Virus record (IMG/VR): IMGVR_UViG_3300047462_000154
Location: 32,001 to 96,000 of that record
DNA length: 64,000 bases
Direction: 5' to 3' (one strand)
Source of the DNA: a virus
Shown here: piece after piece, positions 33,857 through 44,390 of the stretch
Layout of the letters: each line of letters opens with the position of its first letter
How positions within the stretch are numbered: the first letter of the stretch is position 1
The notes under the pieces: model-generated
The model's database searches: none
Told to the model about the DNA's origin: nothing
Seen by the model: only the letters and a program-made list of their open reading frames with translations
Made by a program: the position numbers and the translations under genes

Positions 33857-36796
33857 ATGGCTTATATTAATACAGCATTTATCAATAACGGCACTTTATT
33901 AGCAACTGCTCATAAATTTGCTATGACTACGAGATTAAATGCTTCTTATGATGGTTCTTCAACCGTAACATTAGATTTAGCATCTGTTGGGACCGTTGGA
34001 ACATATAACAGCATAACAACCGACGTATATGGTAGAATAGTTTCTGGTTCATTACTTGCATATCTAACTTCTAATCAGCCAATAACAGTAACAGGAGATG
34101 CTACTGGTACTGGAACTACATCAATTGCATTAACATTAGCAAATATAGCCACTGCTGGAACCTTTCAATCTATTGTAATAAATTCAAAAGGTTTGGTTAC
34201 CGCTGGTGGTTCTCTTACTTCTACAAACGTAACAAACGCTCTTGGTTTTATTCCAGTATCGACAGCGGCACTTGGTGCAGCAAGTGGTGTTGCTACTTTA
34301 GATGTAACAGGAAAATTAACAACAACACAAATTCCAACTTCATTAATTGGTGGCTTAAACTATCAAGGCACATGGAACGCTTCAACAAACTCACCAACAT
34401 TAACAAGCAGCACTGGAACAAAAGGATATTATTATAAAGTATCCACTGCTGGTTCAACCACATTAGATGGTATTTCTGTTTGGTATGTTGGTGATACTGC
34501 GGTTTTCGACGGCACAACTTGGGATAAAATTGACGGCATAACTAACGAAGTTGTTTCAGTTAATGGTTTCACTGGTGCGGTTGTATTAACCGTATCAAAT
34601 ATTTCTGGTGCGGCACCATTGGCATCTCCAGCATTTACTGGGACACCTACTGCACCAACACCAATTTTAACAGATAATTCTGGTAATCTTGCAACAACTT
34701 CATTTGTTAAAGGACAGGGATATCTTACAACTAACCAAAGCATCACGGTATCTGGTGATGCTACTGGCACCGGCACAAATGCTATTACATTAACTTTAGC
34801 TACGGTAAACTCAACTCCTGGAACATTCACATCTTTTGTTGTGAACGGAAAAGGATTAGTAACTTCTGGTGCAAACTTGGCGGTATCTGGTGACGTAACT
34901 GGAACTGCATCTAACTCAACATTAGTTCTTACTCTTGCAACTGTAGCAACTGCTGGAACATATCAATCTGTTGTTATTAATAACAAAGGTTTAGTAGTTT
35001 CTGGTTCATCATTAACTTCCGCAAACGTAACAACTGCACTTGGGTATACTCCATCAACTCCCGTAGTAACAACTCCAGGCACATATAATAGCGTAACCAT
35101 TAACTCTGCTGGACAAGTTATAGCCGCTACTAACGCTTCATATTCTGGTGGTAACATTATTTTAACCTTAAATGGCGCGGTAACTGGTACGGTAGCAAGT
35201 TCTTCTGGTACAATTACTGTTTCAACAACATTCCAATCATCTCCTGCATTTTTGGGAATTCCAACTGCACCAACTGCAATTTATGGCACAAATACAACAC
35301 AATTAGCAACAACCGCATTTGTTACTTCTGCCCAAGGCAACAATCCTCCAACTATTTTCATCACAAACACTGGCAATACTATTGCTGGTTCTCAAGCTGG
35401 TGCAATGGTAGAAATTACCGGAACCGTTATTTCTGCGGCTACTGTAGTTTCTGCTGTTGGTGTTTCTGGTGAGCAATTTACTTTCTTCAATAATTCAACA
35501 CAGGTATTTACAGGCACATCCCTTGGTGGCGTATTTAGTGGTCCTGGTGGTTCTGGTAATACATTATTAAGTGTTCCTGCTGGTGCAAAAGTTTCAATCA
35601 CTTCAGATGGAACTAATTGGATTGCAGGCGGATATGCTTACACAGGAAATATTGGTCCATGGCTGCAATTATCGGGTGGCGCGGTAACAGGGACAGTTTC
35701 GTTTGCTACAACCGTGACTGCACCAACTGTTGTTTTAACTGATAGCTCAACTAACGTTGCCACCACATCATTTGTTAAAGGACAAGGATATTTAACAACT
35801 AACCAAAGTATCACGATATCTGGTGATGCTTCTGGAACTGGCACAACATCTATTCCTTTAACTTTGGCAACAGTTAACGTTGCACCAGGAACCTTCACAT
35901 CTTTTGTTGTAAATGGCAAAGGTTTAGTTACTTCTGGCGTTAATATGACATTTACTGGCGATGCCACTGGAACTGCAACTGGTTCGACTGTTGCATTAAC
36001 CTTGGCAACTGTAGTAACGGCTGGTACATATCAAAGTGTTTCAGTTAACGCAAAAGGTTTAGTGGTTGCTGGTTCTTCATTAACTTCTGCAAACGTAACA
36101 ACTGCTCTTGGGTATACTCCATCAACACCAATAGTTTCAACTGCTGGAACGTACAATAACGTTGTTATTAACACCGCTGGACAAGTTGTTTCTGGAACAA
36201 GTGTTGGTTATATAACTGCCAACCAAACAATAACATTATCTGGAGACGTTTCTGGTTCTGGAACAACCGCAATTCCTACAACTTTAGCAACCGTTAACGC
36301 ATCTCCTGGAACCTTCACATCTTTTGTTGTAAATGGCAAAGGTTTAGTTACTTCTGGTGTTAACTTAACGGCTACTGGTGATGCCACTGGAACTGCTTCT
36401 GGTTCTTCAATTGCATTAACATTGGCGGCTTCTGGTGTAACTCCTGGAACATATTCAAGCATCGTTGTTAACTCAAAAGGTTTAGTAACGCAAGGTTTGG
36501 CTGGAAATGCTGCTTGGTCAAGATTAGCTGTATCTACTGCTACAGCAACCGTTGGTACAGCATCAACTTATGTTGGTGTTAACTATGCTGGAACTGTTAC
36601 TGTAACTTTGGCTCTTGGCAGCACAGAAGGAAGAATTCTTTACATCAAAGATGAATCTGGTGCAGCATATACCAATAACATTACGATTGTTGCTTCAACA
36701 CCAGATACGATTGATGGTTCAACAACTACTATTTTAAATGTTAATTATGAAGGCGCACAATTAATTTATTCTGGAAGTGCTTGGCGTCAACTCTAA
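33857..36796 (+). CDS. Long tail fibre protein with GDATGTGT/GTYxxVxVNxKGLV repeats
   Basis: 979 aa, T/G/S-rich; SPAFTGTPTAPT..ATTxFV motifs; YQGTWNAS module. Confidence 0.85.
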   Translation: MAYINTAFINNGTLLATAHKFAMTTRLNASYDGSSTVTLDLASVGTVGTYNSITTDVYGRIVSGSLLAYLTSNQPITVTGDATGTGTTSIALTLANIATAGTFQSIVINSKGLVTAGGSLTSTNVTNALGFIPVSTAALGAASGVATLDVTGKLTTTQIPTSLIGGLNYQGTWNASTNSPTLTSSTGTKGYYYKVSTAGSTTLDGISVWYVGDTAVFDGTTWDKIDGITNEVVSVNGFTGAVVLTVSNISGAAPLASPAFTGTPTAPTPILTDNSGNLATTSFVKGQGYLTTNQSITVSGDATGTGTNAITLTLATVNSTPGTFTSFVVNGKGLVTSGANLAVSGDVTGTASNSTLVLTLATVATAGTYQSVVINNKGLVVSGSSLTSANVTTALGYTPSTPVVTTPGTYNSVTINSAGQVIAATNASYSGGNIILTLNGAVTGTVASSSGTITVSTTFQSSPAFLGIPTAPTAIYGTNTTQLATTAFVTSAQGNNPPTIFITNTGNTIAGSQAGAMVEITGTVISAATVVSAVGVSGEQFTFFNNSTQVFTGTSLGGVFSGPGGSGNTLLSVPAGAKVSITSDGTNWIAGGYAYTGNIGPWLQLSGGAVTGTVSFATTVTAPTVVLTDSSTNVATTSFVKGQGYLTTNQSITISGDASGTGTTSIPLTLATVNVAPGTFTSFVVNGKGLVTSGVNMTFTGDATGTATGSTVALTLATVVTAGTYQSVSVNAKGLVVAGSSLTSANVTTALGYTPSTPIVSTAGTYNNVVINTAGQVVSGTSVGYITANQTITLSGDVSGSGTTAIPTTLATVNASPGTFTSFVVNGKGLVTSGVNLTATGDATGTASGSSIALTLAASGVTPGTYSSIVVNSKGLVTQGLAGNAAWSRLAVSTATATVGTASTYVGVNYAGTVTVTLALGSTEGRILYIKDESGAAYTNNITIVASTPDTIDGSTTTILNVNYEGAQLIYSGSAWRQL

Positions 36797-36897
36797 TTTT
36801 TAAAAATGGTGGAGATATGAATAGTGCGCGGGATAGGAATTACCATTATTAAATTATGTCAATCATATAATCTTAACGATATAAGAAGAAGTAAAAT

Positions 36898-39321
36898 ATG
36901 CGCGGGATAGGTATAACAAATAACGGCACGTTATTAACCAGTAATTTGAGTGTATTAACATCAACTGCGCCCTTTATTTTTACACAAGGTGTTAATAGTG
37001 AAGTTATACTTTTAAGCCTTTCTAACTCTGGTGTTACGGCTGGAACATATAATAATGTTGTTGTTAATACTTTTGGATTGGTTACATCTGCATCAAATAT
37101 TGCATATTTGACAACTAACCAAAGTATAACATTGTCTGGGGATGTTTCTGGAACTGGTGCAACTTCCATAACAACCACGCTTGCTACTATTGGAAGTGTT
37201 GGAACTTATACTGCTGTTGTTACTGATTCAAAAGGAAGAGTTTCTGTAGGCGCTAACATGACGTTTACTGGTGATGCAACTGGCACCGCCACAAATGCAA
37301 CTGTTGCTTTAACTTTAGCTGCTACTGGTGTATCTGCCGGAACATATACCAAAGTTACGGTGAATACAAAAGGATTAATTACTTCTGCTACAAATTTATC
37401 TTCTTCTGATGTTACGACTGCGCTTGGTTTCACTCCTTCAACTCCTGTTGTAACAACCACTGGAACTTATAATACCGTTGTTATTAATTCTTCTGGACAA
37501 GTAATTTCTGCCACAAATTCATCAAGTGGCACTGGAAATATTGGTAACATTAATTTAACATTGACTGGTGCTGTTACTGGTACTTCTTCAAGTGCTAACG
37601 GAACATTATCTTTACCAACAACATTTGCGTCAAATGGAACATTTCTTGGTAATTTAACAGTAGTTGGTTCATTTACTGCTGGATATTTAGATAACACAAT
37701 TATTGGACAAACAACTCCTGCAAACGGAACATTTACAAATTTAGTTGCATCTTCAGAAACAATTGGTTCTGGAACTGATGGAACATTATTTGAAGATAAT
37801 TATAGCACCACTTATCTTGGAGATATTTTATCAGCAAAACCATATTTTGCTATTTTAAGAACAACTGGTCAAATTGGTTCAGTCAATCAAGCAAATTATA
37901 ATTCTGCGCCAACATTTAGAAATACATTAGATGATGGCTCTGGAAATTTAATTATTCCTGGTAGCGCGACTATTGGAAATCTTACTGTAACTTCTTCTCT
38001 TAATATATCATCATCTTCACTTAATATAACATCCGCAACTATTGGAACGATGACCGGAAACACGATAAATGTTTCAGGAACAATAAATGCGAATACAATT
38101 TCTTCGTCATCTGGTACTTTAAATTTGGGTGCAAATTTAGTTGGAACATATGGAAAATTTACTTCAACTAGCGGTTCCAATGTAATTAACCTTACTGTTG
38201 GTAGTGCTAGTTATCCAATTAACATTTATGATTGGAGTGGTGCAGGCTCATGGATTGATTTAACCGCTGGTTCGTTAAGCGGAATAGGTACTGGTGGTCC
38301 TGGTATGAATGCTTGGATTGCTTATGCAAAAATCTCAGGTAATTGGTTTGGTGATTCGCAAGCGGGTGATATTGTATATAGAAATTCAGGCACAAATGCT
38401 CTTCTTTTTGGCTCAGGCTCAAATAGTGATTTTTCTTTAAGAAATTCACAAGCCACATTTAGATTAATGGCAACATTTACTGGTGGCGTTGCATTACTTG
38501 CTGCATCAACAGGCGTAACAGCAAGCACTACGGATAACTCTACAAATTTAGCCACTACCGCATTTGTAAAAAATCAAAATTATTTAAATAGTTTATCTAT
38601 AACTGGTGCTGCAACTGGCACAGCAACAGGTTCAAATGGTACGTATTCATTACCATTAACATTAGCTACTTCTGGCGTCACTGCGGGCACTTATAATAAT
38701 GTGGTGGTAAACACCTACGGTATTGTAACAAGTGCCTCTAACGTTACGTATTCGGCTGGAAATATAGCAATTACTGCAACTGGTGCTGCTAATGGCACGG
38801 CAACGGTTTCAAACGGCACATATTCATTACCATTAACATTAAATAATGCTGGTATTGTTGCTGGTTTAGGATATGCACCAGACCAAACATATTATGGAAC
38901 AGCAACAATTAATTTTGGTAGTGCTCCTGGTTCATCAACTGCTACAGTAAATGTTTCACAAACAAACACAACTGCAACATCATGTCCAAAACTTTTTGTA
39001 AATGGAACAAGTTCTACAACAACACATAATGCTTCTGAACATGCATTAGCAAATATGTTATTTACATTATCTTGTACAAGTATAACTTCTGGAGTTGGTT
39101 TTACAATATCGGCTTATAGCCTTGTTGGAAATTTAACTGGAACATTTATAATTTCATATGAAATGTTAGTTATCGGGTCAACTGTAGCTGTTAGTGGATT
39201 TGTAAATCCAGTACCAAATTTAGAAACAATAAATTCAACACAAACTTATCAGGGACCAGTGATTGTTCAATCTGGCGGAACATTGGTTGTTCCATCAGGT
39301 GTTACATTTACTGTTACGTGA
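36898..39321 (+). CDS. Tail fibre protein
   Basis: Same repeat family (SGVTAGTYNNVVVN); 807 aa. Confidence 0.85.
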   Translation: MRGIGITNNGTLLTSNLSVLTSTAPFIFTQGVNSEVILLSLSNSGVTAGTYNNVVVNTFGLVTSASNIAYLTTNQSITLSGDVSGTGATSITTTLATIGSVGTYTAVVTDSKGRVSVGANMTFTGDATGTATNATVALTLAATGVSAGTYTKVTVNTKGLITSATNLSSSDVTTALGFTPSTPVVTTTGTYNTVVINSSGQVISATNSSSGTGNIGNINLTLTGAVTGTSSSANGTLSLPTTFASNGTFLGNLTVVGSFTAGYLDNTIIGQTTPANGTFTNLVASSETIGSGTDGTLFEDNYSTTYLGDILSAKPYFAILRTTGQIGSVNQANYNSAPTFRNTLDDGSGNLIIPGSATIGNLTVTSSLNISSSSLNITSATIGTMTGNTINVSGTINANTISSSSGTLNLGANLVGTYGKFTSTSGSNVINLTVGSASYPINIYDWSGAGSWIDLTAGSLSGIGTGGPGMNAWIAYAKISGNWFGDSQAGDIVYRNSGTNALLFGSGSNSDFSLRNSQATFRLMATFTGGVALLAASTGVTASTTDNSTNLATTAFVKNQNYLNSLSITGAATGTATGSNGTYSLPLTLATSGVTAGTYNNVVVNTYGIVTSASNVTYSAGNIAITATGAANGTATVSNGTYSLPLTLNNAGIVAGLGYAPDQTYYGTATINFGSAPGSSTATVNVSQTNTTATSCPKLFVNGTSSTTTHNASEHALANMLFTLSCTSITSGVGFTISAYSLVGNLTGTFIISYEMLVIGSTVAVSGFVNPVPNLETINSTQTYQGPVIVQSGGTLVVPSGVTFTVT

Positions 39322-39364
39322 TTTTAAAAATTTTTATAAATATACTAAAAATAGGAAATAAAAA

Positions 39365-40804
39365 ATGGGTATTCCAATACAAGGTTATGTTACAGGAAAT
39401 GGTGTTGAAGCCGATTCAAACAATCGTTTACTTGTAAATACTCCAACATTAGCCGCTAGTGCTGGTTATGTAAATGCAAATTCGATGTTAGATACAGGAA
39501 CTTATACAGGTGCTCCATTAATTCGTTCGCCAAAAATATCTTCAAGAAACAACACAAGTATTTCATTTGATGCCCCATTAGTGAATGAAATTTTTAATTA
39601 TCCAGCACAAAACACAGCAGATTATAAGTATTTAAGCAATGTTTCTACAACATCTTTTAATAATGGTTTTGCTTTATTAAATTCTGGTTCTTCGACTGCT
39701 TCTGGTCAAACATTACTGCAATCTTATCGCTCAATACCAATTTATGGTGTTGGTGGAATGATTATAAATTTCAGTCTTGGATTGAACATTGCACCAATAA
39801 CTAATTTCCAAGCAGAATTTGGTATTTTTTCACAATCTGGTACTGCGCCATATACACCAACGGATGGTGTATATTTTAGATTTACATCTGCTGGGTTGAT
39901 TGGGGTAACAAATTTTAATGGGACTGAAACAACAACAGCAACATTAATTGCTGCTGCTAATTTAACATTAAATGTTCAAACATTTTATGAAATAAGAATT
40001 CATTCAACAAGAGCCGAATTTTGGACAATTTCTTCTTCTGGTGTTTTTACACTACTCGGATATTTAAATAATACTGGAAACAATCTTCCATTTTTATCTG
40101 GTGCGTTACCTATTGCAGTTAGACATAATAATACTGGCACAACAAGTTCTGCTGTTCAAATCAAACTTGGTTCTTGGGCGGCAACATTAGTTGATTATGA
40201 ACCAAATAAACCATGGGCACATGCTTTGGCTGGCGATGGCGCATTTTTGTATCAAGGACAGCCAGGAGGCACGATGGGGTCCACAGCGCTTTCTGTGAAC
40301 AATACAGCCCCTACCGCTGCTGTTCCCACAAATACAACCGCTGCTTTGGGTTCAGGATTAGGTGGATTATTTTATTCAACAGCAACTATTGCAGTCACAA
40401 CCGATGGTATTATAAGTTCATATCAAAATCCTTTAGGTTCTATAAACCAGCAACCAAGAGGAATGTATGTAACTGGTGTTCGAGTTGATACAGCGGTAAT
40501 CACTGTTTTGGCTGGTGGTCCTTTTATTTTATCTTGGGGATTAGCTTTTGGTCATACTGCTGTGTCATTGGCAACAACAGAAAGCGCATCAACAAAAGCA
40601 CCAAGACGATTAGTTTTAGGCATTCAAGTATTTCCTGCTACTGCTGCGGTTGGAACACAAGGAAATACTGTTGCTATAGAATTTACTACACCAATTTATT
40701 TAAATCCTGGTGAATTTATTCAAACATTTTATAGAAATATTGGAACTGTTGGTACAAGCGGAACATTTGCTCACGCAATAGCATTTGATGGATATTGGGA
40801 ATAA
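39365..40804 (+). CDS. Tail/virion beta-sandwich protein
   Basis: 479 aa; TATAAATA at 39335-39342; AGGA RBS; fibre-cluster context. Confidence 0.65.
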   Translation: MGIPIQGYVTGNGVEADSNNRLLVNTPTLAASAGYVNANSMLDTGTYTGAPLIRSPKISSRNNTSISFDAPLVNEIFNYPAQNTADYKYLSNVSTTSFNNGFALLNSGSSTASGQTLLQSYRSIPIYGVGGMIINFSLGLNIAPITNFQAEFGIFSQSGTAPYTPTDGVYFRFTSAGLIGVTNFNGTETTTATLIAAANLTLNVQTFYEIRIHSTRAEFWTISSSGVFTLLGYLNNTGNNLPFLSGALPIAVRHNNTGTTSSAVQIKLGSWAATLVDYEPNKPWAHALAGDGAFLYQGQPGGTMGSTALSVNNTAPTAAVPTNTTAALGSGLGGLFYSTATIAVTTDGIISSYQNPLGSINQQPRGMYVTGVRVDTAVITVLAGGPFILSWGLAFGHTAVSLATTESASTKAPRRLVLGIQVFPATAAVGTQGNTVAIEFTTPIYLNPGEFIQTFYRNIGTVGTSGTFAHAIAFDGYWE

Positions 40805-40809
40805 TTTAA

Positions 40810-41949
40810 ATGACAACAACAATTGACGGTACATTAGGCGTAACCGCACCAGCCTTAAATATCACAGGAACATCATCATTAACAACTGTTTTTGTATCAG
40901 CAACTTTAACTGCACCAACTGTTGTTTTAACCGATAGCTCAACTAACGTTGCCACTACGTCATTTGTTAAAGGTCAAAATTATCTAACTTCTAATCAAAG
41001 TATAACAATTACTGGTGACGTATCTGGTACTGGCAATTCAGCGATAACATTAACATTGGCGTCTACAGGCGTAACTGCCGGAACATATAATACCGTAGTA
41101 GTTAATGGAAAAGGTTTAGTAACAAGTGCATCTAATGTCGCTTATGGCACTGGTGGCACAGGAAGTGTTGTTATAACCGCAACAGGAGCCGCAACCGGTG
41201 CCACAACAGGTTCAAATGGCACTTACTCTCTCCCATTAACATTAGCCACTTCAGGCATCACTGCTGGAACATATAACAACGTTGTATTTAATACTTACGG
41301 AATTGCAACAAGTGGAACATTATTATCTTATTTAACTACTAATCAAAGCATTACTGTTTCAGGTGATGCTTCTGGAACTGGCACTACAGCTATTACTTTA
41401 ACTTTAGCAACCGTTAACGCAACTCCTGGAACATATACTGCATTTGTTGTCAATAGTAAGGGATTAATTACTTCGGTTATTAACCAAACATTTACTGGGG
41501 ACGTATCTGGAACTGGTTCTGCTTCTGTAACGTCATTGACATTAGCAACTGTTAACAGCACACCAGGAACATTTAATACTGTTGTGGTTAATGCCAAAGG
41601 ATTAGTAACAAGTGCATCTAATGCTACTTATGGTGTTACTCCTGTAACTACTGTTGGTTCCGCAACCGCATCACAAGCATTGGTTTTTGCAACATCTGGG
41701 AATAATTGTTACGATATAACATTAACTCAAAATTGCACTATAACATTAACTGGTGGAACTACTGGACAATACCAACAATGTGTTCTGATTATTAGACAAA
41801 ATTCAACTGCTGGATGGACGCCAACATTACCTAGTGGTGTTAAATGGTCTGGTGGTGTTGCGCCAACTCCCAACACAACTGCTGGGAAAATAGACCTTTT
41901 CACATTTTCTACATCTGATGGTGGCGTGACATTATTTGGTAGTTATTAA
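40810..41949 (+). CDS. Tail fibre protein
   Basis: Same repeats; C-terminal VKWSGGVAPT..KIDLFTF domain. Confidence 0.8.
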   Translation: MTTTIDGTLGVTAPALNITGTSSLTTVFVSATLTAPTVVLTDSSTNVATTSFVKGQNYLTSNQSITITGDVSGTGNSAITLTLASTGVTAGTYNTVVVNGKGLVTSASNVAYGTGGTGSVVITATGAATGATTGSNGTYSLPLTLATSGITAGTYNNVVFNTYGIATSGTLLSYLTTNQSITVSGDASGTGTTAITLTLATVNATPGTYTAFVVNSKGLITSVINQTFTGDVSGTGSASVTSLTLATVNSTPGTFNTVVVNAKGLVTSASNATYGVTPVTTVGSATASQALVFATSGNNCYDITLTQNCTITLTGGTTGQYQQCVLIIRQNSTAGWTPTLPSGVKWSGGVAPTPNTTAGKIDLFTFSTSDGGVTLFGSY

Positions 41950-41967
41950 TTAAATTAGGAATTTATT

Positions 41968-44364
41968 ATGGCTGGAAATAATTTAACTTTAACAACACCA
42001 TCATATAGCACAACAACTGTAAAATTTGGCACTGCTTCTTTAGCAAGTGGCTATGGTCTTGCTCCTGGAGGAATAATCACAGGATACCCATATACAATTG
42101 AATGTTGGGTAAACACAACGATTATGACTGGCTCAACAGAATTTTTTATTGGGCAAAATAATTTAATTAGTATTTCTTCTGTTCCAGTAGCAAATATTTT
42201 TGCATTTTCTTATAATTTTCCAAATTCATCTATTTATAATACTGATGCTTATTCAATGATTAGTAATGGAAGTTGGCATCATATTGCTGTTACTACTATT
42301 AGCCAAAATCTTTCCTTAAATTTTGTTGATGGAACATTAGTTGGTTCTTACACGGCAATTCCAGCGGCTACATCATTTACACAAGGCACTTTTGGTATTG
42401 GTATTTTGTATTCTAGCGGAAGTTATCTTTATCCATTTACTGGATATATTGATGAAGTGGTGGTTTGGAATGAGGCAAGATATCTTTCAAATTTTACACC
42501 AAACACTTCAGCTTATACTGGCACAGAAGGAATGACTGCGCTTTATCATTTTGATAGTAATGGAAACGATAGTTCTTCTGCTATTCCAACGATAAGCAAT
42601 AGAACAATGACAATGACAAGCGCAACATATGACGCTTCTACAGAAAAATTTGGTCAGGCTGCATTGTCTGGTGGTTATGGTGTTATGCCAAATACAAATC
42701 CACCAGTTCAAGGGTATCCATTTACAGTGGAGTGTTGGGCAAAAGCAACAACCGTTCCAACCGCCGTATCTATTGCCGTTGGTCAAAGTGCGTGTTTTGG
42801 AATTGGTGCTGCTGCTACTGGAAAATATGAATTTATTGTTGGTGGAACAACCACCGTTACAACAACATCAGTTCCATCTGGTAGTTGGAATCACTTGGCA
42901 TTGGTTGCCACAGCAACTTTGGCAACAATGTATGTCAATGGTCAAGTTGCTGGAACATTAGCATCTCCGGGCACATTAAATTATACTGCCGTTCCTGCTT
43001 ATGTTAATTCATTGGTTACAACAACTAATCCATGGTTAGGTGAAGTTGATGAAGTAGCAATTTGGAATACCGCACAATATACAGGAACATTTACACCACC
43101 AACTGTGCCTTATATTGGAACAGAAGGCATGGTATCTTTGTTTCATTTAAGTGGAAATGGTTTTGATTACGCATTACCGAACATATCTTCAAGTTTTGTT
43201 CCAGCAACAAATTCAAATATAGTTTATTCTCCTTATACATGGAATGTAACTAATGAGGGGGCATTTACTACATGTGCTGGTGCATATTTTAGAATGATGT
43301 TTACTGGTTCTTATTGTGTTTTATTATTTGATACAAGTAATTCGGCAACTTATTTTTCAGAAATTTATTATCGAGTTGATGCATATGAAACACAAGCACC
43401 TTGGACTTTAGTTACCTTAACTCAAACACCAAATCATTATATAAACGTAACATTCCCAACAAACACGGCGTCCAATACTTATCATTTGATTGAAGTTAAG
43501 GTTAAAAGTACATCAATTTATTTAATAAGATATTTTACACCAAGTTCAGCAGCGGTTGTTTTCAGAGGATGTGAATTGTCTCAAGGTGCTACTTTGGTTG
43601 TGCCTCCAAAATATTCAAAAAATGTTTTATATTATGGGGATTCAATTACAGAAGGTTATTATTCCGTTAACAATGTTGGCGGCACTGATGGTGACCCGGA
43701 TGCACATGATAATCAAGCATGCTCTTCAAGCAAAGTTTGTGAAATGTTACCAGCGGAATATGGAATTGTTGCATATGGTGCAACTGGCTGGCAAGCAATT
43801 TCTCCAGTAGCAAATTCTGCTCCAAGCATGCAAACCTATTATAATACAATTGCTCCAGGTGTTCCTCGCTCTTTTACAAATCCTGCGCCTGATTTAGTTA
43901 TTTTCAATCATGGAGTTAATGATTTTGCTCAATCAATTAACGGTGGAACATTAACATTTGCCGTTGTTCAAGCAGCAATTCAAAATGTTTTAGGAAATAT
44001 TTTATCAGCAACCCCGACAACAACCAAACTAGCAGTTCTTCAACCATTTAATGCTCAAGAAACTAACGCAACATATTCTGGTGGAACGATTGGTGGAGTT
44101 GCGTATACATTTGCTAATTATTGTGCATCATTATTTCCAGCAGCGATTTCTGCATTAGCAGCTACTTATTCTGGTGGTTCTGCAATAGTTAATTCAAGAG
44201 TTAGTTATATTTCCACTGCTGGTTTTTTAAATGCTACATACGGATTAGAAGCAGATGGCGCTCATCCAATTTGTGGCAATCATATTGGTCAAATTGCACC
44301 ACAATTAGCATCTGTATTACAGCCATTTCTTTTTCCCACAATTAATCGAAATACACATTCATAA
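41968..44364 (+). CDS. Tail-associated 2x LamG plus SGNH/GDSL esterase (intact catalytic motifs)
   Basis: Two TIECW..WHHIA..GYIDEV LamG repeats; GDSIT, GVND and DGAHP motifs. Confidence 0.8.
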   Translation: MAGNNLTLTTPSYSTTTVKFGTASLASGYGLAPGGIITGYPYTIECWVNTTIMTGSTEFFIGQNNLISISSVPVANIFAFSYNFPNSSIYNTDAYSMISNGSWHHIAVTTISQNLSLNFVDGTLVGSYTAIPAATSFTQGTFGIGILYSSGSYLYPFTGYIDEVVVWNEARYLSNFTPNTSAYTGTEGMTALYHFDSNGNDSSSAIPTISNRTMTMTSATYDASTEKFGQAALSGGYGVMPNTNPPVQGYPFTVECWAKATTVPTAVSIAVGQSACFGIGAAATGKYEFIVGGTTTVTTTSVPSGSWNHLALVATATLATMYVNGQVAGTLASPGTLNYTAVPAYVNSLVTTTNPWLGEVDEVAIWNTAQYTGTFTPPTVPYIGTEGMVSLFHLSGNGFDYALPNISSSFVPATNSNIVYSPYTWNVTNEGAFTTCAGAYFRMMFTGSYCVLLFDTSNSATYFSEIYYRVDAYETQAPWTLVTLTQTPNHYINVTFPTNTASNTYHLIEVKVKSTSIYLIRYFTPSSAAVVFRGCELSQGATLVVPPKYSKNVLYYGDSITEGYYSVNNVGGTDGDPDAHDNQACSSSKVCEMLPAEYGIVAYGATGWQAISPVANSAPSMQTYYNTIAPGVPRSFTNPAPDLVIFNHGVNDFAQSINGGTLTFAVVQAAIQNVLGNILSATPTTTKLAVLQPFNAQETNATYSGGTIGGVAYTFANYCASLFPAAISALAATYSGGSAIVNSRVSYISTAGFLNATYGLEADGAHPICGNHIGQIAPQLASVLQPFLFPTINRNTHS

Positions 44365-44390
44365 TAAATATATAAGAAATGGAATAAAAT

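Noticed and set aside
34293-41597. Many antisense ORFs over the fibre genes, and similar shadow ORFs elsewhere in the track
   Set aside because: These are shadows of Thr/Gly/Val-rich codon repeats; they have no RBS or independent motifs.
33857-41949. CRISPR-like array
   Set aside because: Repeats are in-frame, degenerate at third positions and encode fibre shaft motifs; there is no repeat-spacer structure.
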